Source of the DNA: Octopus sinensis | Taxonomy: Eukaryota | Direction: 5' to 3' | Length of the DNA: 64,000 nucleotides | Assembly: GCF_006345805.1 (NCBI RefSeq) | Contig: NC_042998.1 | Location: 85,436,001-85,500,000 of the forward strand | Shown here: positions 22,240 to 34,995 of the stretch, piece after piece | How the letters are laid out: every line of letters starts with the position of its first letter | How positions within the stretch are numbered: the stretch's first letter is position 1 | The notes under the pieces: generated by a model | Told to the model about the DNA's origin: nothing | The model's database searches: none | Seen by the model: only the letters and a program-made list of their open reading frames with translations | Program-made: the position numbers and the translations under genes

Positions 22240-23302
22240 CATTTAATTACTAAGTATGGAAATAAATATATTATCAGTAAACCTTGGTGATCAACAATAG
22301 AACACATTTCTCGACATTGGAAAAGAAAGAATTGTAAGCACTGACGTTCGTGCTATTGCGTCTTTACTTGAGGTTATGTCAGACGCACGGATATGAGTAC
22401 GGAATATAAGTTGTGTAACAAGACGATCTTACACAATAAAACAAGTGGGCGGCGCCGGAATATTTGCATAGCTAATCTTTGAGGAACTGTATCAAGTTTA
22501 GTGATTTCTGTTTGCTATTGGAGATGAAGAATATATTTGAAATATTCAATAAACCAAGTAGTTATAATTATGACGTAGAGTCCAGACTTACGAGGGCACG
22601 TGTTGGGCCATTCAGTACACATCAAGAGAATAAACTAAGAAAAGTGATTCTATAGATTCACAAACAAGCAGGAAAAATACTAGAACTATTTGGTTGTTTT
22701 AATACAATCTCTTGTTCATACATTCTCCTCGCTAATTCAGATCTTAAAAGTAAAATCTGCGAACTTATAATTCTAGCTTGTTGAGTTGTGAAGTGACCTA
22801 CTTCTAGACGGGTGACCCGTATTCCCAGACAGACTTGCCTTGCGCTCATTTTCTTGAAGCAAATATAACAGGCATATAAGAATGAGATTCTATGAAGAAA
22901 AATATTAGCATTCTCTTTAGATGAATTCTGATTTGTTCAATGCATGTGAATAGTTGTGGCAAACTTTTAAATGAGAAAACTCTCAAGTTGTTTGCGAACT
23001 AATAAAGCTGACCTAATTTTCTAACAAAGCCTTTTAAAACCCGTCATGTTTGCTGCGAAATATAACACGCACACAAACACTCGCTGCAACATAGATGTAT
23101 CAGCTTTAGCGTTAGTTACATATATGTTTACACGATGAAAAATCCCTTGGATAAAACTTACGATATTTAAGGGTGATAGTAAAAACGAGAAACAGAATAT
23201 AATATGACATACCAATATAGGTAAAGCTGAAGTGGGATGCAGAAAAAAGTGTTTCTACAACAATTAAAACAGCGAATCCGCAAAGAAGTGAGAATTGCTT
23301 AC

Positions 23303-23348
23303 CAGCTGTACTGTCTACCAATGTCTTCTGTGACCGATTTTCCTCCAT
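23303..23348 (-). CDS. Candidate first coding exon of an unidentified minus-strand gene (MEENRSQKTLVDSTA-G, phase 1)
   Basis: GCGATGG Kozak-like start and consensus donor CTG|GTAAGC at 23302; an alternative upstream ATG at 23403 gives a phase-2 frame; no homologue recognised. Confidence 0.35.
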
Positions 23349-24779
23349 CGCTAGCGACTGACCCAGTTTGGTTGCCACACGTTCCCACAATGCACGCCAA
23401 CATGGCAGCGGCCCGAGCAGGTGCTTGTTGCTTCCGTGTTCACCGACTTGCAGTCTAGCTCACACTTTCTCCACCGCTCCTTACTCCTCCTCGCTGTCTA
23501 CTACTACTAACATTTTTTTTTCTTTTTCCCAATTTACCACCTCCTTTTCTTTAGTCTTTTTCCTCTTTCCTCCTCTAACTACTACAACAGAACGACGGCA
23601 ACTCCTCCCACTATGAGAAAGCAACGACAACAACAACGAGCATCATAACCATAACGATTACGACGAACGGTGCTGCAATGGTCACTGGCAGCAGCATCAG
23701 CACTATTATCTACAGCAACAGTAGGACGGCGGGTGATTACGTCACAACTAGGATAATATCAATGTCTGACTGGTTGGTTACATGAATGGTGCACAGCGGG
23801 TGAGTACAGTACAATACGCTGGAAACATACGCGCACACTCAGATAGACAATGGTACAATAAAAACGGAGAACTCTACCGCGCACTCAAAATCTTATGATA
23901 TTTAAACTCTTGCTAGAACAGAGGAAGACGTACAAAGAGAAGTGCTGATGCGATGCTGGATTTAGTAACCAAGTTAAAAGAAATAAAATAAATCAAAATC
24001 TTTCAGATTATATTTGTTTCATAATAGAAAATCGATTTTATATTTAATAAAATAAAAGAAATGGATTGAGTTTCAGGAAAAGGAGTTATTTTTTAAAATA
24101 AAATTTTTAGTTTTTTTTTTTTTACGTTCCACGACGAAAATAATTTCGACATGCCAACGGGGGAAAATAATTACTTTTCCAAGAATTTTTAAAGTTTTAT
24201 GATCAAAGATATAATGTACTTGCATGCGTTTGTATTTTGCGGGAAATGAATTGAGGTTTTCTCGAAGTGTTGTTTTCACCGATTTAAAAACAATAAGCAA
24301 AGTTATAATTTTTACTTTGCTTAGAAAGTCTGTGATTATTTTGGTGTTTTAATAGCAAGGATTAAAAACTGTGTCAACAAATATATATCTAGACAAGTAG
24401 TCGAATATATTGGTCTTCATGTTTACTCTCTGATATTAATACATACACACATACAAACAAACATATATATATATATATACATTTATTCGTATATGTACAG
24501 AAGTATATACATGTATTATTTTTTGTCATTAATCAGTAATACAAAGAAGACAAATGAAATTAATTAACCATTAGCAAACTAATGTTATTATTTACATCTA
24601 GTTGTACACTTTTAATGTTTGTGTTCGGTTTTATTATTATTTTTCGATCAACAAAGTTATTATTTACATCAAAGCAAAAAAAAAACAAAAATAAATTGAT
24701 TACAGCAGAAAAAACAAAAAATATATTTTTAAAATATCAAAACAAATTTATATACCTATAATATAATAAATATTTTCTT

Positions 24780-25077
24780 TTTCTCGCTTGTTTATATGCC
24801 CTCTTCGCCGATTTAAAGTCCATGTGCTTTGGCGGTGAATGTCACCGGTGAGTAGTAGAAAAAGGAAGGGGAGGTGAACTAATACACCCTCTCTCACACT
24901 CTCTATTATTATTCCTCCTCCTCCCCCTGTTCTACTTTATATTGTTCCCTCTTCCTTCTCCTACGTTACTGCAGAATATGTCTTACTACTTCCATTATCA
25001 CCACCACCATCATTGTCAATTCTCACCGTTATTCATGTTTCCACTGTTTTTTTAGTTTATCTGCTGACTAACCTCAT
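24780..25077 (+). other. Candidate non-coding 5' exon(s) of the plus-strand gene
   Basis: Consensus donors CCG|GTGAGT (24848) and CAT|GTAAGT (25078), and another GG|GTGAGT at 23800; the next clear acceptor is at 55728. Confidence 0.4.
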
Positions 25078-27139
25078 GTAAGTAAAAACCCTATACCGAT
25101 ATTTCATCAACTCCTATTCTCAATAGCACCCCATTCCTTTTCTTTTTCCCTATATTTTCCAACGGTTATCTATCATAAAAGCTTTCAGCGATTATCGTTG
25201 TATCGTTTTATTTATTCCCCGATACGGTTATTGCTTTTAATTATACAACTTGTCACCGATCCGGAAATAAAGAAGGGGGGCGTATATAGGGTCGAATATG
25301 TTGGATAAACCGTTGTCTTTATTTATATATTTTGCTTCCATCGATAGTCTGTACATTTTATGATGTCCGGAAATATATACTTGCAATTTTGTGTCTAGTT
25401 GAATATAAAAAAAAATGAACGGTGCTTGCTGTTTTGTTTCTCTATATCAAAAACTGGAGGGCATTTTGTAAAATAATTGATAGTAACTAATGAAGTACTG
25501 AGATTATTCAGATCCATAATAATAATATAATGATAATTTTACGATAAATTTTTACTACGTGCCTTCTTTGAACCTTTCTGTTTCGTTATTTATTCTTACA
25601 AATATAACAATTTAACAATGTTGACCTGTAAAACAACAACAGCGAATAGTGTCTATTGTCAACCTTGTATTTATTTACTCCCATATACATTTGGAATCAT
25701 TCTTCCGATTTCTTTTGGCATACTGCATTGCTAATCAATAGTAATCAGATGATGTTCATGTATTTACCATGAGCGCTGAAAGTAAAACGTTAAAAAAGTC
25801 ATTATAGATCATTGGTAGTTCCAACTCTGCGAAAGTTTACTTCTTTTTTTACAACACTGGTTGCTTTTCTAAAATAAAAAATAATTGTTACCCTTACCTA
25901 CGAAACAAAAACGTTAGATTTATACTGAAAGCGGGAAAATTGCGTGACTAGTATCCCTTTCGTAGTGGTATTAACGACATCAATGAATGAAAATGGTTTG
26001 ATTCATGAATTGAAATCAGAGCTTATGATATTGTTATTGTTTAAACTCAAGTCAATACTGATCGAGCAAACCTATTATCAAATGTATTCTAGCATTGACC
26101 AATTAATCTTTTGATATATTTACGACTATATTGTTCACTGTCCTTTCTGGGTTTTTTTTTTAAACAGCATAATGTAACTTACGAGGAATATAGCTGCTGT
26201 TTTTAGCAGGTCGAATGACCGCCCTGAGTCTTCCACTTTGGCTGGAGAAACATCTAATTCAACATTCAGTGTCAAAAAAAAAAAGTCACCTCCTGTTACA
26301 AACAAAAGAAACTTGTTCTATTTGCTTTGAAAACTGAACTCAGAGCTATTTTTTAGCAATAAAGTCCTGACAGGTTGTTGTTTTGTTTTTTGTAGCTTTT
26401 GGGGTTTTTTCCCTTCTCCAGAGTACATTCGTAGTCGATTAATAAATATGTTACTATGACCTAATCAAAGGACAACTTAATTACTATCCTAATTACTTTG
26501 CAATGTTAATCAGCTATATTGTAAGAACACATGCGCTGTCAATGTCCTCATTTAAACAGAACTTCTACCCTCATTCTTAATCAACTTCCAGAAATAAGCA
26601 ATTTTCTATTCACATGTGCTATTTTAATGCTAGTCTATTTAAAGAATACTTAAACAGAGGAATTAACACTATTTTTTTTTTTTTAATTAGAAGAAAGAAT
26701 TGCAAGAGAGGTTTCATTGAATTGTTACACAAGATACTTTACAACCAGATTACATGTAACATGCAATATAGTCAAATATTTTCTAGTCACATATTTTATA
26801 ACTTTAGTGCTACAGATCAGTGATAAACTTCAATCAATGTGAGTGTGTAATAATTTCAATTTTATACTCAGCCATTTCAGATCATTCTCTTAACCATGAT
26901 TTCAAGCTTTAGTCAACAGTCTGGAGAGAGATGACTGCAAGACAAATTTTATGAAGTAAAAGTCTCTAAAGACCTCAAAGAGCTTCAAACAGCAATTCTT
27001 CGCTCTGAGCATGAATCAACCAAGATATATCCCTTCTTAAGATAAAATGCCTATCTATCTTATGATGTAAAACTATTTTCAATCGACAAGTAAGCAGAGG
27101 TGATATAGGGTGGTTTGTTTTGTCCAAGAGACACAACAA

Positions 27140-28600
27140 AGCATTTGCAGTGAATTTGAACTCATAATTCAATGTTCTTTCCATAGCTCTCAAACAATGT
27201 ACTCCAGAGCTAGCCCTCATCCTTACTAAACTTTTCAATCCTCAATCTCTCTCAGGGTACACATACAACCTTTAGAAACAGTCTACACTGTCTCATTTCC
27301 ACAAAGGGGAACTTCTTTTACTCTAGCATGTCCCATCACTCACACTTTCAACATCAGTATTTCAAAGGTGACGGAGACAGTCATTTGCACTCAATTCTGA
27401 AATCTCTATCTCTCCTTAATAACCATCACTTCAACTTTTGTAAAATCAGACATGCTGGTGACCTACCTTCCTATGTCATTTATAAGTATTTCCTCAAGAA
27501 TTTTGGTGACAAAAGCATTGTTGCACCTAATATTAGTAACACATTTGACTCTGTCAAGCATGTGAATCTTTTAGCAAAAATCCCTGTCCATGTGCTCCAT
27601 CTATCTCTTATCTCTTGGATCAGTGGTATCCTGTCAGATAGCACCATCCACAGGGTGTGATGATAGACCACTCTCTTATCCACACTCAGTCAACTCAAGT
27701 GTCCTCTAAGGTTCCATTTTTGTCCCTTTTGTTCTTCCTTCCGGCACTCTGTCTGTTACGATGATGTAGATTCCAGTTGATCTGATCAATGGAATAGCCT
27801 GCTTGTGAAATTAACATGCAAGTGGCTGAGCACTCCACAGACATACATACTCTTAACGTAGCTCTCTGGGAGATTAAGCGTGACACAGAATGTGACAAGA
27901 CTGGCACTTTGAAATACAGGTTCTACTCATTTCTGTCAGCTGAATGAATGAGAGCAACATGAAATAAAGTGTCTTGCTCAAGGGCACTGCATGTTACTGG
28001 GAACTGAACACATGACCTTACAGTTGTGAGCTGAATACCCTGACCACTAATCCACATGCCTCCACTGCTCTTACTTCTATACATCAATAAACCAACTTAT
28101 CCCCACTGCCAGCAATACCCCTATGTAGATTATACCACTCATCATTCCTCCTTAATCTCTTGAAAACCAAACATTAAATACTTATCTTCACTGCCTTTCA
28201 AGACCACTTCCTTTTCAAAACCAGAAAATACTTTAGCCCCTACCAACTGTTGATCTTCTACACAGTTCTAGTGTGACCCCCACCCCTCAGTGGAGTTTGG
28301 CTCCCATATCTTGGATGGTGGTACTGCTACACATCCTAGACTACATAACTTCATGGTTGGATTGTCTGTTCTCTCTGCCTCTCCACTCATTATTACAGTA
28401 GCCTATACTCCTCAGAGCCAGCTGCTTTTATACTATTTCTACTTTGACTCTCCCAATTCACTTATCTGTTCTTCACTCATAGTGTGTCCCAAGGCTTTGC
28501 ACTAGCTACTACTCTCAGTCATTTCTTTCAAGAATATTAACCCTCTGGAATTTTCTCTCTCCACATGTTATTCAAGAGAAACATTAACTGTGTCAGCTTA
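27140..28600 (+). mobile_element. Degraded CR1/Jockey-type LINE (RT and C-terminus), split by a SINE
   Basis: Remnants LKQCTPELALILTKLFN, NISNTFDSVKH, LISWISG, VNSSVL.GS, then after the SINE LLLYIN and MEFGSHILDG. Confidence 0.7.
27742..28065 (-). mobile_element. tRNA-headed SINE family C (CORE-like centre, long 3' domain)
   Basis: Minus-strand head GTGGAGGCATGTGGATTAGTGGTCAGGGTATTCAGC with a B-box-like GTTCAGTTCCC; homologous to 47725-48030(+); degenerate 12-bp TSD at 27730-27741 and 28066-28077. Confidence 0.85.
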
Positions 28601-28628
28601 CTGGTCTTGAGTGGTTGTAGTGATAATG

Positions 28629-28860
28629 TAAGACATGTGACCTAGTGGTTAGAGTGTTGCACTCACAATCACACGATTGTGGTTTCATTTCCTGAACCAG
28701 GCAGTGCATTGTGTTCTTGAGCAAAACACTTCATTTCACATTGCTCCAATCCACTCAATTGTAAAAATGTGTAACCCCGTGACAGTCTGGCATCCTGTTC
28801 AGCAGGAATGTTGTGTCCTTGATCGTTTATACTCTATGGAATCCAGGTAACTGGCCATAT
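28629..28860 (+). mobile_element. tRNA-headed CORE-like SINE
   Basis: CATGTGACCTAGTGGTTAGAGTGTTGCACTC head; TGTTCTTGAGCAAAACACTTCATTTCACATTGCTCC core. Confidence 0.7.
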
Positions 28861-30179
28861 GAATTTTGGGACTCAAGACAGTAATGTCCAGGAATTGATG
28901 ATGATAATGATGTGGTAGTGCGGGTGTGAAGTTTGTTGACACTGCTTCTGTCTCCAGATAAGTTAATATTATCTTCACTTGACCTGTTTAACTGTAACTC
29001 TCAACATTACACAAGGATAATGTATCCCGTGATAATTCAATGAATCCATTCAAAGTTACAAGGTATATTCACGTTACTATAAGAATTGCAGCTGACTATA
29101 GTATTCTAGCCAACTGGTTAGAGGTTAAGAGGTTCTTATATGACATCACTACTCTATGTTCCTGGCAAAGATACTTATTTGTCTAAGGCCCAGTCCATCT
29201 AGCTTTTATTAAGTAAGCTACAATCCCCCAATTAATCAAATAGAAGTCAGAATATGCTGCGCAGTATATCATGCCTTTATGGGATAATGAATGTTAAAAT
29301 TGTAAAGCTGATGTAGTCAGTTTACTTCCATCAGCAACAGGAACACTGTATAAATGACAAGTGTTTCATTTGTTTGAATAATGAGTATAGTTTGGAGAAC
29401 AATGTTGTTTCCTTAGATATACTACCAGATGATTTTTTTTTTCTGATCTAGCAATCTTTTCAGTTATGAGATAGCTGTATCCATGTATTTGACTGTTTCA
29501 TCATTGTTCCAATGTCTGCTTTTCCATGCTTGCATAGGTCAGATAAGATTATGCTGAAATAAATATTTCTGCAACTGGATGCTCTTCCTCTTAACAAAAA
29601 TCATTTGTTCCCAAGTAAAGTAGAATTTCCCTTAGTCTATTGAACAATGAATGACCCAAATTTGTTTTCTTGGAGAAATGAAACCATTTTGTAGAACAGT
29701 GACTTTTGGTTATAATTGGCATGCACATGTTAAGACAAGAGGAATTTACATACATTCAAGCACACATGAGCACATATACATATGTAAACATATATATGTG
29801 TGTGTGTGTATAAGTATGTATTTCAAAATTCACAAGGAGATGATCCTATTGACCTTTCTTTTTTTAAATAGAAATAAAGAAATCTATTGAAAGCTTATAG
29901 GTACTGGTAAGTATTTCAAGGAGTATTGAACTCTTGTGCAATTTAATAAGATGATATTTAGTACTTCACTTCAGCTCCAGAACTTATTCAAGTACGAACC
30001 GGTCATTGTACTTTCACATAGTTTCTGTCTGCCCAGTTTCACTTGTAAGGCTTAAGTTGACCTGGGACTAATGTGAAAAAACACCCAAGATGACTCTTCT
30101 TAACCATGCAGTCATACTGCATCCATTATGCCTGTAATTTAAAGGTCCACCTTATCATTGAATCCACCTGAAAACTACA

Positions 30180-30405
30180 TTAACCCTTTAAATACCAATC
30201 GATCTGAGCCTGCCCCTAGTTCTGTCGTTCAAACCTCTTCTTTTAAAGTGATATAAATTAAAATCTTCCATCAAAATTACATATTAATTTACATTCCAAA
30301 TATCAGCTTAATAATGACAGTTATTTCATTAAATTCGTTTTTATTTTCAAAATTAATGAAAACTAAGGCAATGTACTTCACTGGAAATATGGTACCAAAA
30401 AGGTT
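30180..30405. mobile_element. piggyBac-type MITE (same family as 8546-8778)
   Basis: TTAACCCTTT start, shared CTTCCATCAAA body, degenerate AAAAAGGTTA end. Confidence 0.6.
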
Positions 30406-30844
30406 ACATCTGTGGAATATGTTCAGCCACTTACATGTCAATTCCATGAGCATATAGTCTATTTCATTGAATAACTGAACACTTATTGCCAAAACTGACT
30501 GATTAATTTACTTAAAGCTCAAAAAATTCAATAGACATTGTAAAGTCTGTAGAACTTGTTTTAGGTCTAAAAATCAAGCTGAAAATGAAACTTACAAATG
30601 AAATGTTGTCTCCAACCCATCTAGGAGAGCAGTAACTACTCACCCAATCTATATCTGCATGGAAAGCAGACATAAAATAATGATAATGATGATGACACCA
30701 ATGAATTTACTAGGATCAATTTAAGATTAACACATTTCCACAGATTTCAGGTTCCTCATATAAGAAATAATTCTTGTTGTTGTTGCTTCCCCCTCCCCCC
30801 TCCTCCTCCTAGCAAGGCTAATAGCACAAAATGCATAGCTGTTT

Positions 30845-31010
30845 TTCATGCATCTTTATATTCTGAGTTCAAATTCCACCAAGGTCAACTTTGATTTCAT
30901 CCTTTCGGGGTTGATATAATATATACCAGTCAAGTGCTGGAATAATGTAATTGACTGTCCTCTCCCTTCAAAAACTGTTGACCCTGTGCCCAAATCTGAA
31001 ACCATTAGAA
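30845..31010 (+). mobile_element. SINE family A
   Basis: TTCTGAGTTCAAATTCCACCAAGGTCAACTTTGATTTCATCCTTTCGGGGTTGAT. Confidence 0.75.
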
Positions 31011-32299
31011 GTGGATGTCATTTTGGTTATTTGTTTTACAAGTCACCAGTTGACCTCTTTCATGCTTGTGCCATGAAAAAAGTACCCACCACACTTTGTA
31101 AAGTGATGTGTATTAAAAGGGCATCCAGCTTCAGACACCATACTAAAGCAGAGACATTGGAGCATGATACAGTCCTCCAGCTAATCAGAGCTCCAACTGC
31201 CCAACCTATGCCAGCATGGAAGGTGTATGTAAAGTGATGATGATTCATGTTACTCTTCAGTCGTTGGGTTTGTTTATACTACATTTCTAACTTCAGCATC
31301 CATTAATCGTTTCTAATCTTTTCTTTCAACTGCAGTTGATTCTCTTAAAAATAATGCTTGAGATTTTATCTGCTGGAATATAAAAGCTACTGCAAATGAG
31401 AGAAATCAACTACCTTGATAGAAAAAGGGAAGGTGGGGAATTGTTTTGTTTTGTATAATTTCAAAAGATTAAGAGAAAAAGATTAAAAGATTTACAGTTT
31501 CTAGATTTATGCCATGACATGTAGTAAGAACTACACTAGAGGGGGAAAAAAAGAAAATGAAAAAAATTGATGGCTTTTTTTTTTCTATTAAGAAACCAAA
31601 ATTACATTGGGGTGACATCTTAGGGATAAAAAGTTGCAAAGTAATACATCATTTGATGGTGTGATGGATTATAGGGAAAGGAAATCTATTATCTATCAGA
31701 AACAGCTTTGTTAATCAGCATATAAGAGTAACTGAGTTTGTTATAGTGATTTTTGTCCTTAGGAACATGGTCTCAAATTTATTAGGGAAATAAAGTGCAA
31801 TTATGTGTTTCCAAGCCTGTGGAATAAATGTCCACAGCTGTAATTCAAATATGATTCATGGACTTGGCTAAGTTGTCTGTAGTTGACCTTAATGACTATA
31901 TTGATTTCTTACATAGGCACAAGACCTCAGATTTCAGAGAGAGAGAGAGAGGAAGAATGATATGTTTCATTCAAATATCTGAGTGACATTTTATTGTGTA
32001 TTTAGGCATGACATATAATTCTATGAATGTCACAACATCTACCTATTAGAAATAGGTACCAGATCCAGAATTGCTGCCTATGATACATTGACATTCTATT
32101 TTATTGTGTTGGGGTTGGGGCAGAATCTCCTATCTGCTTATCAGCATAGATATAGAGATAAGCACTTACAAACCTCTCTGTATGGGAATTTGTTGGGATA
32201 TTTATATTGCTTGTCTAAAGAGTATTTGTAAAATAAAGTTACTACTGATTCAATGGGATTCACTCTATCAAATGTTCATCTCTACTTTCCATTCCCTTG

Positions 32300-32760
32300 G
32301 AAATGCTGTCATAAATTTTGTTCCATCGCTTCTTCAAGTCAAATGAACCTGATTGATATATATCCCTTATCAATAAAAAGTCAAGCATTTGGCAGAGTAG
32401 TGACATGAAGTCTTATGAGGATATATAACTATCCATCTATTTTCTCAACCCAAATATCTTGGGAGAGTCATGAGGGTAGAGTTCTTGGACACCTCCTTCC
32501 TAGGGTTCTAGCAGAAGCAACCATGATTACATTTTCCAGCTGGATTTTCAAGCACAACCAACTGCTTTATCTACCCCAAGTCTTCTGATGGTTGGTTTAG
32601 TTTGAAGAATCTGTCTTGCTATCCTCTTCTGCAACATTCTAATCATGTCTGTAATATTGTAGCTGTAATCTCTCAGTTTGGAGCAGTAACATCTCAACCT
32701 GGAGAGACTCGTTGACCCTGCAAGCTACACACCCTGTTGAGTAACTAAATATATATGTCT
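32300..32760 (-). mobile_element. Possible degraded Tc1-like transposase fragment
   Basis: The minus strand has an interrupted segment (GRRCPRTLPS...) reminiscent of the Tc1 linker upstream of the DDE domain; weak match. Confidence 0.3.
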
Positions 32761-33635
32761 ATCAGAACAGCTTATCTTTGGGAAAATTAGCAGAATTGTG
32801 CAAGTCAATACATTGTTTTAAAAAACACTGATATTGTACAACAACCGTCTCAAGGTTTTTGAATGTTAATTTTAAAATTGTTTTTATGTTAATCGTATTG
32901 TCTTCAAGAAATGATATGGCAAATCAATGGGCTTAGAAAACTCATCATATATTAGGTGATATTCACTTACTCCTTCACTTATGTCTACTCAGTTCGGGCA
33001 TTTTATATTGACTGTTTGCAAAGTAACATGTTTATTGAGTCACATATGAGTGGTTTGGGATGTGGGCAACTGGATTAAAGGGTAGCAAGTTCCAATATTC
33101 CTTTTGATAATATGAACTGTACCTGACTAAAAAACTTCATTCTTAATAGCTCTCTCGATCTCTTTTAATCTAGGTGTAAATGTAGTACATACAACTTAAT
33201 GCTATAAGCAGTAAATAACTATTTAACAGATTAGTGGTTCATTGGTTTGTAGAGCTGAATAGAATGGTTGCTATGAGTGTAGGCATGTCTCTATGGTTAA
33301 GAAGTTTGCTTGATACTCTGTTTAGTTTTGGATTCAATCCTATAACATTCGGTCAAACAAAGCCTTCATCATCATCACTTAACATCTAATTCTCCATTCT
33401 TTCATGGAGAATTGAATGTTAAATGAGAATTCTGTCAGATGGAATCTGCTGAGGCAGACTGTCTATGGTCAGATGCCTTTGCTGACACCAACCTATACGT
33501 ATCTCCAAGCAATTCAGGCATGTTTTTCAGGGAACACTGGAAATGGAGAACCTTACTTGTATAGCATTGATGCTTGTTTACAATCATCACACAATGTAAA
33601 GACAAGGATGCAAAGTAAGCCTAGTCTCTTTTGCT

Positions 33636-34995
33636 GAACCGCTATGTTATGGGGATGTAAACACACCAACATCGGTTGTCAAGCGATGGTTGGGGGACAA
33701 ACACAGACACACAAACATATACACACATACATACACACACACACACACGCACATATATATACATGGTAGTGAAACATGGGCTGTGACTGCAGAGGACATG
33801 CGTAGGCTTGAAAGAAATGAAGCTAGCATGATCCGCTGGATGTGTAATGTCAGTGTGCACACACGACAGAGTGTAAGCTCCGTGAGAGAAATGCTGGACA
33901 TAAGAAGAATCAGATGTGGTGTGCAAGAGAGACGTTTATGCTGGTATGGTCATGTGCTGCGGATGGATGAGGAGAGATGTGTGAAGAAGTGCCACTCCCA
34001 AACAGTTGAAGGTATCCGGGGGAGAGGTAGACCCAGGAAGACATGAGATGAGGTGGTCAAGCATGACCTTCAAACGTTGGGCCTCACAGAGGCAATGACG
34101 AAAGATCGAGATCTCTGGAGATATGCTGTGACTGCAAAGACCCGACAAATAATGTGAGTTCATGGCTGTTTCCTACACCAGTTTCACATAGCCCCAGCCC
34201 ATCCAAAGTACCTGGATTGCAGAACGACTTGCTGTGCTTACCTTGGATCATAGGGTGACCTGCTGTGCTTACCTTGGATCATAGGATGACCTGCTGTGCT
34301 TACCTTGGATCATAGGGTGACCTGCTGTGCTTGAGGCGACCTATTGAGTCAAGTATATCAACATCAAAATAAATATCAAATGGAAATTGTAGTTGTGATA
34401 CCTGTGCCGGTGGCACGTAAAAAGCACCATCCGAACTTGGCCGATACCAGTGCTGCTTTGACTGGCTTCTGTGCCGGTGGCACATGACCTGCTGTCCTTG
34501 AGGAGACCTATTGAGTCAAGTACATCAACATCAAAATAAATATCAAATGGAAATTGCAGTTGTGATACCTGTGCCAGTGACACGTAAAAAACACCATCTG
34601 AACGTGGTTGTTGCAAGTACCGCCTTGACTGGCTTCTGTGCCAGTGGCATGTAAAAAGCACCCACTGCACTCACGGAGTGGTTGGCGTTAGGAAGGGCAT
34701 CCAGCTGTAGAAACACTGCCAGATCAGACTGGAGCCTGGTTCAGCCTCCTGGCTTCCCAGACCCCGGTCAAACCGTCCAACCCATGCTAGCATGGAAAAC
34801 GGATGTTAAACGATGATGATGATGATACATATATACGACGGGCTTCTTTCAGTTTCCATCTACCAAATCCACTCACAAGGCTTTGGTCGCCCTGAGGCTA
34901 TAGTAGAAGACACTTGCCCAAGGTGCCACACAGTGGGAATGAACCTGGAACCATGTGGTTGGTAAGCAAGCTACTTACTGCACAGCCACATCTGC
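33636..34995 (-). mobile_element. SINE family B split by RTE copy 3
   Basis: 3' part at 33636-33759 and 5' part at 34827-34995 join into one family-B element when the RTE is removed. Confidence 0.8.
33760..34826 (+). mobile_element. 5'-truncated RTE LINE (copy 3, distinct subfamily 3' UTR)
   Basis: ORF 33690-34046 (HGSETWAVTAEDMRRLERNEASM...RGRGRPRKT), 3' UTR with 31-bp and ~166-bp duplications, (GAT)n tail; 9-bp TSD ACATATATA at 33751-33759 and 34827-34835. Confidence 0.92.

Larger units (their letters stand above)
22300..25900. promoter_or_regulatory. CpG-rich, probably divergent promoter region
   Basis: Unique sequence with visibly more CpG than its flanks; GC box GGGCGG (~22446), octamer ATTTGCAT (~22462), TGACGT, CACGTG, YY1/Kozak-like CAACATGGC (23398), ETS-like CCGGAAAT (25261 and ~25368); strong splice donors on both strands. 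Confidence 0.6.

Noticed and set aside
27990-28065. tRNA-like A/B boxes here and at other SINE heads
   Set aside because: No complete cloverleaf; they continue directly into SINE bodies
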